64,000 nt of DNA from Squalus acanthias (lineage: Eukaryota): assembly GCA_030390025.1 (NCBI GenBank), contig CM059432.1, forward strand, positions 14,076,001 to 14,140,000, read 5' to 3'. The first letter of the stretch is position 1. Each line of letters opens with the position of its first letter. This document shows positions 35,088-47,922 of the stretch, piece by piece. Below the pieces are notes generated by a model. It made no database searches. It was not told the DNA's origin and saw nothing but the letters and a program-made list of their open reading frames with translations. The position numbers and the translations under genes are program-made.

Positions 35088-35915
35088 GGGCTCGAGTTTG
35101 CTGAAAACCACGCTTACGCCATTATTATGGCGCAGAAAATCAAGCTAATTATGGCATGACTGACTTATGCCATTACGTACGCCACACCATGGGCCATAAT
35201 ATTCCGTGGCAGGGCATCTAACAGCGTCTGCGGTTAGTAAGACTTGCCTTTGCATGTTTAGGTTTTAAATTTTTTGTGTGGCATGTTGCTGAAAGTGCGA
35301 ACTGATAACGGCGCTGCGAGGGAAACCGGGCATCTGGGACCTGAGTGAACAGGACAAGCAACTGTGTAACTCCTCAACCAATCAGATTGAAGCATTATGA
35401 AATTAACAGCGCAAGGACTGAGAAGGAAGTGTAAATTAGAGTGGGTGAATTCAATGTCAAATCAGGTACGGAAGGAAATAAAGAGTGGGAAAGAAAGATT
35501 GGATTGAGAGAGAGAGAAAAAATAGACAGAAAGGAAAAGTAAACAAAAAAAGTAATTACAAATTTTACATTTCTAAAATCTCCAAAAACAATTAAAACAT
35601 GAAGGAATGAGACTCCACACTTGTAATAGTTAATTTCCAGCATCAGAGAGCTTGTTTGGCAGTAATTAACACTTACCACGCTGTTAAAAGGGTACTTGGA
35701 CTGAAGTGGACAAGACTTAGCTTTCTAGGGCGAGTTAAAATACAGGAACTTCACTACATTTCAATGGTGAGCTAAACAGTGAGATGCTGCTTTCACATCA
35801 ACTTTTGGATTTAGCCACGTATCTGCCCCTTGCCTGAAGTTGCTGGAGCACTTGTGCATAAATCACGGGGAGTGCTGTTAGCCTCACCTTTTTTTTTACA
35901 GCAAATTATAGTCCC
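35088..35915. mobile_element. MITE, probably Harbinger-type (about 830 bp)
   Basis: Ends gggctcgagtttgctgaaaa / reverse complement gggactataatttgctgtaaaa. Related inverted copy at about 42300-42948. Confidence 0.65.
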
Positions 35916-36217
35916 AAAATTTGCTGGGACTTTGGCGCTGCACAACAGAGACCCTTGCCGAATAAGTTGAACAGCGAATTATCATAGCTCCCCACTACCC
36001 CCCGCCCCATAAAATCAATAGCGAGATCGAGTTTGCTTAATTAACGCCACTGTGATCGCCATAGCCACTTAGACCATTACAGTATAGCTCAGATTTAATA
36101 AAATATTGTTCAGCATAATTTGACATCATTTGCATCAAGTCTGGATCTAAAGTGTTGAAGGAGAGTTATACGCAAATGTGGCTATTTTAGAACAACCTGA
36201 TTGCATGTTGAGGAATT

Positions 36218-36735
36218 GTGATGGAATACTCTCCACTTGCCTGGATGAGTGCAGCTCCAACAACACTCAAGAAGCTTGACACCATCCAGGACAAAGCAGC
36301 CCGCTTGATTGGCACCCCATCCACCACCTTAAACATTCACTCCCTCCACCACCGGCGTACCGTGGCTGCAGTGTGTACCATCTACAAGATGCACTGCAGC
36401 AACTCGCCAAGGCTTCTTCAGCAGCACCTCCAAAACCCACGACCTCTTCCACCTAGAAGGACAAGGGCAGCAGACGCATGGGAACACCACCACCTCCAAG
36501 TTCCCCTCCAAGTCACACACCATCCTGACTTAGAAGTATATCACCGTTCCTTCATCGTCGCTGGGTCAAAATCCTGGAACTCCCTACCTATCAGCACTGT
36601 GGGAGTGCCTTCACCACGCGGATTGCAGCGGTTCAAGAAGGCGGCTCACCACCACCTTCTCAACGGCAACTAGGGATGGGCAATAAATGCTGGCCTTGCC
36701 AGCAACGCCCACATCCCATAAGAGAATTAAAAAAT
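36218..36735 (+). mobile_element. CR1/L2-group LINE 3' fragment (MEYSPLAW family)
   Basis: ORF 36218-36673 and 3' UTR with aataaa. Confidence 0.85.
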
Positions 36736-37086
36736 AATTGTGTTGCTTTACTTAAAAACATAAGTCTAGTAATGGGAGCTGCAAGGACTTCTTGATGATC
36801 AGTGTGGGTTAGAGGAATCTCCTTTCATCTTATTATCAGGAAAAGAAAGTTAATCAATTTTACCAAATACATTTGATCTTTGGTGGAAGTGCAGTTTGTA
36901 AATAATTGAACCCCCAGCATTCATCCAATAAAGCGTTGGGCACACTGTAACTCTGACTGAGAGGTTATACTCAGGATAGACTGGGAATGAAATAAACCGC
37001 TCTTATAAGCAGGTGTGGGATGTGTGTGCGAGGAGCTAACAGCTTTCGTCTTTCTCTTTCAAACCAGCCTTACTTTAATGTCGTAA

Positions 37087-40000
37087 TGTTGAGGCTGCCG
37101 CGAAACACGAATTAAGGCTGAATCCATTTGTGTTAAACAAGAGACTTTTTAATCACAGCATGGCACAAAATGGCAGACTGAAAAGCTCTCAGAATTCTCT
37201 GGGTAAAACCTGAGGCCCCGCCCCCTTCTGCCTTAAAGGAAAGGTGCCTTAAAGGGAAGGTGCTGGAAATTTGTCCACAGACGGAAGAGTGGATTATGCC
37301 CGTTTTAGGTGGCGATCCGCCACACAGCTCCCCCCAGAATCCGCTTAGGAGGTGTGGACGAGACGGTGCGGCGGTCTGATGGGCCGGCCGGAGCGGCTCT
37401 TGTAGGATGCCGGTGGACGTGGAACGGCCGGGTGTGGAGCAGCCGGGTGAACCGGCTTGAGGGCAGGTCGGCTGCGTGGAGGTGGATGAGCTACAGGGAC
37501 CTGCTCACTGGGCTCCGAGTGTGCTGGCTTGAGTCGGTCAACCGACACTTTTTCGGTCCTGTCGCACACTTGCAGGGTGAAAAATTTGTCCCCAGCCTGT
37601 AGCACCTTGTAGGGCCCGTCGTATGGGGGTTGAAGGGGTCAGCGGTGGGCGTCGTGCCGGACGAAAACAAACCGTGCCTGGTGCAGGCTTAGTGGGACGT
37701 GTGAGGTGGATTCGCCGTGTCGGGCAATGGGCACTGGGGCGAACTGCAGCGCTGGTGAGGCGAAGTCGTGGCGTTGCTGGTCGGCTGACCAGGGTGTCGT
37801 GGCGGTGGGCAGGAACTCGCCGGGTACGCGCAGCGGCTGACCGTACGCGAGCTCTGCTGCCGATGCATGGAGGTCTTCTTTAACCGCAGTGCGCAGGCCG
37901 AGGAGGACCCACGGAAGTCGGTCGGTCCAGGCGCCGTCTTGGAGGCTGGCTCGAAGAGATGCCTTCAAGGATCTGTGGAACCGCTCACACAGTCCGTTGG
38001 CTTGGGGGTGGTACGCTGTGGTGCGGTGAATGGTCACCCCGAGATTGCGTGAGACGGCGGTCCAGAGTTCAGAGGTAAATTGCGGACCTCTGTCCGACGT
38101 CATGTCGGAGGGGACGCCAAACCGTGCGACCCAGGTGCTGACGAAGGCTCTGGCGATGTCGGCGGTGGTGGTAGAGGTCAGTGGAATTGCCTCAGGCCAG
38201 CGTGTGGTGCGGTCAACGATGGTCAGCAAGTGCGTGTGGCCTTGCGACGGCGGCAGGGGCCCGACGATGTCCACGTGGATGTGGTCGAATCTCCGCGAGG
38301 GGACGGTAAACTCCTCGAGGGGTGCTTTCGTGTGTTGCTGTACCTTGGCCCGTTGGCAGGCTAGGCAGGAGTTGGCCCAAGTACGCACATCCTTGCGAAG
38401 GCCGCGCCAGACAAAGCGGTTGGCTACCAATTTGATGGATGCGCGGGCGCCGGGGTGGGAGAGGTTGTGGAGAATGTCGAATACCCGGCGGTGCCAGGAC
38501 GCTGGGACGACGGGCCGAGGTTGACATAGGGATATGTCGCACTTGACCGTGACTGCGGTCGGGCCACAGGCGACGTCGGCCAGGCGTAGCCCTGGTAGGT
38601 TGGTGGGTGCGGAGAGCAGATCAGGGTCGGTGATCTGGTCTGCTGCGAGTTGAGCGTAGTCGACTGCTAGGTGTGCGGCGTGGATGGCGGGGCGGGACAG
38701 GCAGTCGGCTACCACATTGTCTCGGCCGGAGACGTGTTGGATGTCCGTGGTGAACTCGGACACTGCCGCGAGCTGGCGCTGCTGCCTGGCGGACCAGGGG
38801 TCGGTTGTCTTTGCCATTGCGAATGTCAGGGGCTTGTGGTCGACAAACGCAGTGAAGGGGTGGCCCTCAAGCAAAAACCGGAAATGGCGGACCGCCAGGA
38901 ACAGCGTGAGGAGCTCGCGGTCGAAGGCGCTGTACTTGACCTCCAGGGGGCGTAGTTGGCGGCTGAAGAAGGCAAGTGGTTGCCAGGCGCCGTCGACCCA
39001 CTGCTCATACACGGCGCCGACCGCATGGTCGGAGGCGTCCGTGGTGAGCGCTACCCTGGCATTGGGCCGTGGGTGCGCGAGCAGGGTGGCGTTGGCAAGC
39101 GCGGTCTTGGTGGAATCGAAGGCGGCGGACGCGTCTGCCGTCCATTCGACCGCCATCTTGCCGCTCCTGCCCCGGAGGGCTTCATACAGGGGCCTCATGA
39201 GGGACGCCGCTTTGGGGATGAAGCGGTTATAGAAATTCACCATCCCGAGGAACTCCTGGAGGCCTTTGATGGTGGTGGGGCGGGGAAATTGTTGGACGGC
39301 CTGCACCTTGGTGGGCAGGGGAATGGCCCCAGCATGGGTGATGTGGTGGCCGAGGAAGTCGATCTTGTCCAGGCCGAACTGGCATTTGGCTGGGCTGAGG
39401 ATGAGCCCGTGGTCGCTGAGGCGCCCGAACAGGATGCGAAGGTGTTCGAGGTGTTCCTGCTTGGAGGAACTGGCTACCAGGATGTCGTCCAGGTAGACGA
39501 ACAGGAACTTCAGGTCCCGAAGGACTGAGTCCATGAGCCGTTGGAATGCCTGGGCCGCGGAACTCGAACAGGCCGAAGGGGGTGATTACGGCCGTCTTGG
39601 GGACGTCCGCGGGGTGGACGGGGACTTGGTGGTAGCCGCACACCAGGTCGACCTTGGAAAAGACTGAGCGGCCGGCCAGTCTAGCCGAGAAGTCCTGAAT
39701 GTGCGGCACGGGGTACCGATCAGGGGTGGTGGCGTCATTGAGGCGGCGGTAATCTCCGCAGGGGCGCCAACCTCCGCCTGGTTTGGGGGCGATGTGGAGT
39801 GGGGAAGCCCAGGGACTGTTGGAGCGGCGGATGATGCTGAGGCTGTTCCATGGTGGCAAACTCGGTCCGCGCGATCTCCAGTTTGGCCGGGTCCAGCCTG
39901 CGGGCGTGGGCGTACACTGGGGGGCCTGTGATGGGGATGAAGTGTTCCACCCCGTGTTTGGCGGCCTCCGCGGAGAAGGTCGGATTGGTAAGGGCCGGGA

Positions 40001-41410
40001 ATTCGGCCAGGAGTGCCGAGTAGTCATCCGTGGCCCGGGTGTGGCACTGTGACGCCATGTCGGCGGGTTGACGGGGGGCCATGGCGCCCAGGATGGGGGA
40101 CATGGTGTTCATGTCCACGAGGCGGTGACGAGGGATGTCTACCAGTAGGCCGTGGGCACACAGGAAATCTGCGCCGATGAGGGGGGAGAGCACCTTGGCA
40201 GTGATGAACTCCCATCAGTAGCGGTGACCAGCGAGGTCGAGGGTGACTGTCCGGGTGTCATACGTCCGGATTTCCGAGCCGTTAGCAGCAGCCAGCGCCG
40301 GTCCTCATTCGCCCTTTTGGATGTCGAGGGAGGAGGCCGGGATGATGCTGTGCTGAGCCCCAGTGTCGCACAGGAACCGGCGGCCGGTTTTGTCATCCGT
40401 GACGAACAGCAGGGAGCCCGCGTGGCCCACGGCCATCGCGGGGGCTGGAACGGGGGTGGACTTGAAAGAGCAGGGAGGTGTGCACCGTTGTGCCCTGGCG
40501 CCGAACCGTGCGTGGTAGTAACAGTGGCCTAGGTTAGTGGGGCGTGAAGGCCCCGTGGGCCTGGTGACAGGCCCTTGTGGCCGCGTGCTGGATGGTGAAG
40601 GGCGCGCCCAGGCATTGGCTGCCAGGTCCGGAGTGACGTCGCGGCTGGAGTGAGCGGACAGCAGCTTGTCGGCCTCATCGGCCAGGGCTTCCAGGTTCGT
40701 GAGGCCAGACGCCACGATCGCTGGGTGGATGCTGAGAAGGAGCTGGCGGATGAACAGCGTGCGGAAGAGGGATCCGGGTGGGCTCTCGTCGGTGAGGGAG
40801 AGCATGTGGGAGAGGAGGTCTGACGGTGAGGCATCACCGAGGCCTGGAAGGTCGAGGAGGTGGCAGTTTCGCTGATATGCCGAGGCCGTAAATTTTTTAA
40901 GGAGCGCTGTCCTGAGATGTGCGTACTTGCCTTCCTCTGGTGGGTTCTGCAGCGTTGTCCAAACCTTGGAAACTGTGGCGCTACCGAGTGATGTGACGAG
41001 ATAGTCGTACTTCGTCCCATCTGTGGTGATATTTCGCAGCCGGAAGCGAGATTCAGCTTGGAGAAACCAGGCTTCGGGCTGGTTTTCCCAAAACTCCGGC
41101 AGTTTCACGGAAACTGTGTTCGTGTCCGCCATTGCAGTGCTCGGAATACGTTCTGAGCGTCGGGGTCACCAATGTTGAGGCTGCCGCAAAACATGAATTA
41201 AGGCTGAATCCATTTGTGTTAAACAAGAGACTTTTTAATCACAGCATGGCACAAAATGGCAGACTGAAAAGCTCCCAGAATTCTCTGGGTAAAACCTGAG
41301 GCCCCGCCTCCTTCTGCCTTAAAGGTAAGGTGCCTTAAAGGGAAGGTGCTGGAAATTTGTCCACAGACGGAAGAGTGGATTATGCCCGTTTTAGGTGGCG
41401 ATCCGCCACA
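37087..41410 (-). mobile_element. Full-length Ty3/Gypsy LTR retrotransposon, CsRn1-clade-like (4324 bp)
   Basis: 238-bp LTRs at 37087-37324 and 41173-41410 (TG..CA, about 5 mismatches). TSD gtaa at 37083-37086 and 41411-41414. PBS TGGTGACCCCGACG (tRNA-Trp). G-rich PPT just inside the 3' LTR (about 37325-37340). Confidence 0.96.
37345..41132 (-). pseudogene. Gypsy gag-pol (Gag, PR, RT, RNase H, IN), several frameshifts
   Basis: Gag VKLPEFW..CYYHARFGARAQRCTPPC; PR FLCDTGA; RT CGDYRRLN, YLDD; RH TTDASD; IN HHCC, HVDIVG, SDRG, CERFH; C-terminal VSVDRLKPA. Spread over ORFs 40305-41132, 39735-40193, 39227-40027, 37639-39534 and 37345-37605. Confidence 0.93.
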
Positions 41411-41859
41411 GTAACTTTGTTTAAAATAAAGCAACCACCCGCTTACTGACAAGACAGCCTGTCAGAAGTGAAATGAACCAGACAGCAGGATTTGCGATTA
41501 CAGTGAGCGGCCCTTGTTTTAGCAGACCTGGCACCATTTCACACCATCCTGATTACAAGTAACCAGAATTGATGACAAAGTAAGAAAAAAACTAACTCCA
41601 TTTGTACATTTTTAAAATTTGAAAATGGGAAATCTGCACCAATTGTTTAGCTATTTTACTTGTATGGAAACATCAAGTAACCTGTTGTTCTGTTCTGTGT
41701 TGGACCCCGCTACCTTGGATGTGTATCAGACATTGGCTGGAGTATTCTAATGTTGCTGTGTGTGAGAGCCGAGCATTCCCCAGGATCCATAAAGAGGAAG
41801 ATCAACCCTACTCGGTTTTCAGCTATTTTTACTGAAATACAGATTGTACTCTTACCAAA

Positions 41860-42092
41860 CTCCCTCCCCGGTGTCCCGGACAATATTTATGCTTCAATCA
41901 ACATCGCCAAAAACTGATTATCTGGTCATTATCGCATTGCTGTTTGTGGGAGCTTGCTGTGCACAAATTAGCTGCCGTGTTTCCCACATTACAACAGTGA
42001 CTGCGCTTCAAAAGTACTTCATTGGCGGTAAAGCGTTTTGGGACGTCCTGAGGTCGTGAAAAGCGCTGTATAAAGGCAAGTCTTTCTTTTCC
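41860..42092 (+). mobile_element. Deu-SINE 3' part
   Basis: ccccggtgtcccggacaatattt..gattatctggtcattatc..gtgaaaagcgctgtataaaggcaagtc matches 57415-57642. Confidence 0.8.
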
Positions 42093-42299
42093 TTTTGTTC
42101 AGGAGGACATTATGAATCATACGCCACTATTGGGAGAAGAGCAGGAAGTTCTCCCATTGTCACAGCCAACCTCCCTCCCTCAATAAATACCACCAAAAAT
42201 TATAACCCATCATTCAGCTCATTGCTCTTTGTGACGTGTTGCTGGCACTGAATGACTGCCAAGTTTACCATCACTCCAAAAGCAAGTTATTGTGCAAAA

Positions 42300-42948
42300 C
42301 GTTTTGCGCTGTTTCAATAATACCATATCAATTTCAAGTCTTTTTTTCTTTTGCGGGAGGCGGTAAAGGATCGCACTGTCTGACTCACCATTCAAATGCA
42401 TTTAACAACGTGAAGTTCCTGTACTTGCGTGGGAGATACGAACTAAATTTGCCACAGAAAGTTAGGGCTTGCGTATTTCAGTCTAATTACTCTTTTAATG
42501 CCATGATAAGTGTTAATTAGTGCCAGTCAACCTCTCTGGCACTGAAATTAACTATTATTAATGCGAAGTCTCATTCCTTCAAGTTTTAATTGTTGTTGGA
42601 GTTTAAAAAAAAATGTAAACTGTTATTTTGAACTGTTGTTTTCTGTCTCTTTTTTTCTCTCTCTTTTAATCCAATCTTTCTTTCCCTCGCTTTATGTACC
42701 TGATTTGAAATTGAATTCACCTTCCTTGTTCAGACCTTGCGCTGTTAATTTCACAATCCTTCTATGTGATTGGTTAAGGAGATGCCCAGTTGCTTGCCCT
42801 ATTCAGTCAGGTCACAGATGCCTTCTAGAGGGCACCGCGCTGTTTCCATTGCATTTGCAGCAAAATATCATGGAGATTCAATGGGCAAGGGCAAGTCCAA
42901 CTAACAGCGGGCGCCGTTTGTTGCCCTGCCACAGCAATTTTTGGGCTA
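42300..42948. mobile_element. Degraded MITE related to 35088-35915 (inverted)
   Basis: tctctcttttaatccaatctttc, tgatttgaaattgaattcacc and gcgctgttaatttc are reverse-complement matches to 35395-35560. Confidence 0.65.
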
Positions 42949-42984
42949 ATATAGTTTTCCTTAAATTTACCTGAAAATATCAAG

Positions 42985-44758
42985 GAACATAAAATAAAAT
43001 TGTAAAATATTTTACAGGCACATCAATAAAAAAAGGAAGGTTGGGATGGGAATAGGGCCATTAAGGGATAGACAGGATAATACCACAGGTGACGATAGAG
43101 AGATGGCAGAAATATTAAATAATTATTTTGCTTCAGTATTTACCAGAGAGAGAGAAGAGGCGGATGGTATTGGATGTTGAGATTAGTAATGAGATAAGTG
43201 CATTAAAAATAAAAAGAGGGGATATATTAAATAAACTAATCAAACTCAAAGAGGATAAAATCCCTGGTCCGGATGGATTGCATCCACGCATTTTAAAAGA
43301 ATCTAGGGAAGAGATAGCAGAGACATTACTACACATATTTAATAGTTCATTAGAAAAAGGTGTAGTGCTAGAGGACCAACATCATTGAATTTTTTGAAGA
43401 GGTAACAGAAAGAGTAGACAATGGTAATGCAGTAGATGTAATTTATCTAGATGTTTAAAAGGCCTTCGATAAGGTATCCCATAATAGACTGATGAACAAG
43501 GTCAGAAATGCGGAGTCAGAGGACAAGTAGCAGAATGGATAGCTAGCTGGCTTCAAGACAGAAAACAGAGATGGGGTAAAAGGTAGCTATTCACAGTGGC
43601 AGAAGGTGGGTAGTGGTGTTCCACAAGGATCAGTGCTGGGACCACTGTTGTTCACAATTTATATTAACGATTTAGACTTTGGAATCAAAAACACAATTTC
43701 TAAATTTGTGGATGACACCAAATTGGGAGGGGGGGGGTGGATAGTCAATACTGAGGAGGACTGCAACACGGTGGCATAGTGGTTAGCACTGGTGCCTCAT
43801 AGCGCCAGGGACCCGGGTTCGAATCTGACCTCGGGTGACTGTCTGTGTGGAGTTTGCACATTCTCCCCGTAATTACAGGAGGACATTAATAAATTTGCAG
43901 AATAGGCATATCATTGGCAAATGAAGTTCAACACAGATAAATGTGAGGTATTACATTTTGGTAGGAAGAATAGGGAGGTCACTTATTACTTGGAGGGTGC
44001 GAGTCTAGGTGCAGTAGAGGAACAAAGGGATCTCAGAGTACAAATACACAAATCACTAAAAGTTGCAACACAGGTTAGCAAGGCCATAAAAAAGGCAAAC
44101 CAAGCACTAGGGTTTATTTCTAGAGGTATAGAATTGAAAAGTAGGGAAGTTATGCTAAACCTGTATCGAACCTTGGTTAGACCACACTTAGAGTACTGTG
44201 TACAGTTCTGGTCACCATATTATAAAAAGGATATAGAGGCACTGGAGAGGGTGCAGAAAAGATTTACAAGGATGATACCAGAAATGCGAGGGTATACCTA
44301 TCAGGAAAGGATGAACAGGCTGGGTCTCTATTCTCCTGAAAAAAGAAGGCTGAGGGGTGACCTAATAGAGGTCTTTAAAATTATGAAAGGTTTTGATAGA
44401 GTGGATACAGAGAGAATGTTTCCATTTGTGGGGAAGAGCATAACTAGAGGCCATCAACATAAGATAGTCGCCAAGAAATCCAATAGGGAATTCAGAAGAA
44501 ACTTCTTTATCCAAAGAGTGGTGAGAATGTGGAACTCGTTACCACAGGGAGTGGTTGAAGTGAATAGTGTAGATGCATTTAAGGGGAGGCTGGACAAGCA
44601 TATGAGGGAGAAGGGAATAGAGGGTTATGCTGATAGATTTAGATGAGGAAAGACGGGAGGAGGCTCAAGTGGAGCATAAACCCCGGCATGGACTGGTTGG
44701 ACCGAATGGCCTGTTTCTGTGCCATATATCCTATGTAATCTTATGTAATCCTATGTAA
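42985..44758 (+). mobile_element. CR1 RT fragment with internal deletion (about 43376) and SINE-head insert
   Basis: ORFs 43128-43388 (PGPDGLHP) and 43921-44646; tail (TCCTATGTAA)n. Confidence 0.9.
43763..43870 (+). mobile_element. HE1-like SINE head only (tRNA region plus start of V-domain)
   Basis: gcaacacggtggcatagtggttagc...cattctccccgt, nearly identical to 56015-56122; no tail and no TSD. Confidence 0.85.
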
Positions 44759-45579
44759 TACACCAGATTGCACCATCTTATAAGTCAGAACTTATCCACT
44801 CCTTCAGTCAGGGAGAGGGGTACCTCAAAGAATAGAGCTTTCAATTAACCCTTAGTCCTCCTAACTTGGGTCCTGTCAAGAAACGGCCAAATCTCTCAGA
44901 TGTTTGGTCGTACCAACGCAGTATTTAGGGCAGGTGCGGACAGAAATTTGGTCAGGACCCAGTCACGCTGAGTCTTTGCCTCATTTTTTGCCTGTCAAAA
45001 TTTTCAGTTCATTTGGGGGTGGGAGCATGCGAATAAATATAGGAATAATATCATACAACATAATTCCTGTGTCTGTGCCCTTAGCAATGCTAACTAGGTT
45101 CAGCTCTGACGTCCAGAGTTGCTAGGGTGGTGGAGGCATATAAATCTTAAAAGGCCGGGATTTCCCTACTGTTAAAATCACAGAAACTGGCTTCTCAAAG
45201 AGAGAGTCAATTTTATTCCTTGAATTTCTTTGGACCAGCCCTGCTAGGCTGTGGCAGGTCTCCATGGCACGGCTCCTGAGGTGGACACCTCAGTTGTGCT
45301 GTTAATGGTGCAGTCACTTGTCCAATTTGTGTAAGTGCCTCCGACGCCAGAAAGCGAGACAGGGTCAGGAACACAAACAGTGAGTGGGCAGATCTTCCCC
45401 CGAAAGGTCTCCTGAGGAAATTTGTCTTCATGAAGTTCATCAACATTTTTAGGAACCAAAGCCGAGAAATTACTGTGGGTGCTATTACCAGTCAAGTGCT
45501 TAACTTGCCTCTGTCGGCTGTTTAATACAGGCGTTAAACCATTTAAAATACTTTCCAGGCTCAAATGCTCAAAGTAAGT

Positions 45580-45766
45580 GGGGTAACTCTTTGTCTTCAC
45601 CACATGGGCAGTAATCTGGTGGAGGGCATCGCCCATCCGTTCTAGAACCCCCCAGATTTTCATCTCACAGAAATCAATTGGATGAAAATCAGGCGGGTTA
45701 TACAATGGGTGGGCGATCCGCTGCACTAGATTACGGCCCTTGTGGTGAAGAAGAAAATTTACCCCA
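45580..45766. mobile_element. Small palindromic MITE related to 8955-9130
   Basis: gattttcatc..gatgaaaatcaggcgggtt hairpin; end aaaatttacccc. Confidence 0.55.
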
Positions 45767-46871
45767 ATAATTCGAATATAATCAGAAAGTGATAAGAACT
45801 TGGTGATACAAGGAGTTAACTTCCATTCTCAAAGAGTTTTTTTAATTAATGAGTTCTGAGCAATCTCAATGAATATCTCGTGACAGACAATTGACAATAG
45901 CTTTCTCTGTTCCAAAGCTTATGCACAGTTTGAAAGGTCTATAAAGCGGGATAGATGTTGACAAGCATTAATTCTTCTATTGAGAATTCCACTTTGGTGA
46001 CTTATATTACCACAAAATTATGTCCTTTAAGGATTTTTAAAACGTACAAATTTTTCCTTTTTTAGATGATTTATAAATAAGCTTTTCTGTTTGGCAAAAA
46101 TTGTGCATCTCACGCGCTTTCACAAAATAGATATGTGCAATTGATTGAGCAATTATTAGATTAGAAGATGCAACTTCTCTCAGTGAGTGAATTGGAAAAG
46201 GCAGTAAGCCATAAAGACCAGAAAGGAGGGCCAAAGCAGTGAGGGTAGCTGCTACTGATTATGCTGCCCAGTGACCCATACTTGATAATGGTCATGTGTA
46301 TTAAGTCAGGATAGGAATGGGCTCAGCTGTAATGTGTCCACTTCCCCCTGCAACTTAGTCAAATTCCACAATGCTGCTCCGCTGCCTTAATAATGATGCA
46401 ATGTGACTTTCTCAGCACCGACAATTCAAGATCCTGACCCTGTCAGAAGACCCGGCGTGAGGCAAGTTAATAAAGTGTATGGGTGCCCATCTGCCGTGTT
46501 CACTAGCTGGGGCAGGGCAGGGAAGAAATTACAGTGTTGCTTGCTGCAGAGTCTCAATGCTGGCAGTCCCGGCTCCAGACAACTGCTGTACAGAGAAACT
46601 GGCCCTTTTCCAGGAAGGCAGGTTTCCTTACGGATGTCGATCGGATTGCAACCGTCTGTAGTAAATAAACTGGCCTTTCCCACTTTGTTCAGCCCCACTT
46701 TCATCGGCTCAAAGTATTGTATGGCTGCTTCATGCAGATGTACAATATGGTGGGGGCACCACAGGTGCAACTGGTGGGAATTCCTGCAGTCCCGCCTCTA
46801 TTTCTGTCATCCACCAGCAAAAGGGTCAGAAACCATCTGGCACAGGACCAATGGAGCGCTGATCTGGCATA

Positions 46872-47412
46872 ATTGTGTACAATTTTGGTCTCCTTACCTA
46901 AGGAAGGATATAATTGCCATAGAGGGAGTGCAACGAAGGTTCACCAGACTGATTCCTGGGATGGGGCGATTGTCCTATAAGGAGAGATTAAGTAGTCTAG
47001 GCCTATATTCTCTAGAGTTTAGAACATTGAAACATTCAACATTCTTACAGGGCTTGACAGGGTAGATGCAGGGAGGATGTTTCCCCAGGCTGGGGAGTCT
47101 AGAACCAGGGGTCACAGTCTCAGAATAAGGGGTCGGCCATTTAGGACTGGGATGAGGAGAAATTTCTTCACTCAGAGGGTGATGAATCTTTGGAATTCTC
47201 TACCCCAGAGGGCTGTGGAGGCTCGGTCGTTGAGTATATTCAAGACAGAGATCGATAGATTTTTGAATATTAAGGGAATCAAGGGATATGGGGATAGTGC
47301 AGGAAAGTGGCGATGAGGTAGAAGATCAGCCATGATCTTATTGAATGGCGCAGCAGGCTCGAGGGGCCGAATGGCTGACTCCTGCTCCTATTTCTTATGT
47401 TCTTATGTTCTT
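46872..47412 (+). mobile_element. CR1 3' fragment starting at CVQFW
   Basis: CVQFWSPYLRKD, ORF 47077-47316, tail tcttatgttctta. Confidence 0.9.
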
Positions 47413-47922
47413 ATAACGGGTCCTGCCCCTGAAACTGCAGCTGCTCACCGCTATTGTGTCCCACATGCCCTGAAAACATTACGGGTTTTCAGGCCTTCAC
47501 TGTCTGGGCTCACTCAAGAAGAATTGACACTTTAGCAAGTTAACAGAGGGCCCTGGATACCTGTAGAACCACAGCCACCACACCCTAAGAAGAAAACAAC
47601 ACTATCAAGAGAGGAGAGGAGAAAAGTGAGGAGGGGAACCAAAAAGAAAAAGAAAATAAACGATTAAAGAACACATCTGTGTCATTTTTTTGTCTGCCAT
47701 GTCCATCTTACAAGTCCTCAAGCAAGAGCTTTCTATGAACATACGAACATACAAACAATGATAGACAGGTAAAGACCATCTGGTCCATCGAGCCTGTCCC
47801 ACACAATCGCGATACCTTGATATTTTTGATTGGTTCATGTTACGGCTGTTTGTGATTGGTTCAGAAATTATGTTCTCGACATCAACCAGAAAGGTCATGA
47901 ACCTACACTGAACCAATCACAT

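Noticed and set aside
37309..40875. Numerous plus-strand ORFs over the Gypsy element (similar shadow ORFs overlie the CR1, Penelope and Harbinger copies)
   Set aside because: Antisense shadows of GC-rich coding sequence; no env-like or extra gene is evident.
37087..41410. Bacterial or parasite contamination suggested by high GC
   Set aside because: Paired LTRs and a matching TSD show true integration in the flanking DNA.
45244..45726. 160-aa minus-strand ORF as a host gene
   Set aside because: It starts inside a MITE, has no recognisable domain and no clear splice context.
46403..47065. 220-aa ORF as a novel fusion protein
   Set aside because: Chance read-through from unique sequence into a truncated CR1; non-ATG start.
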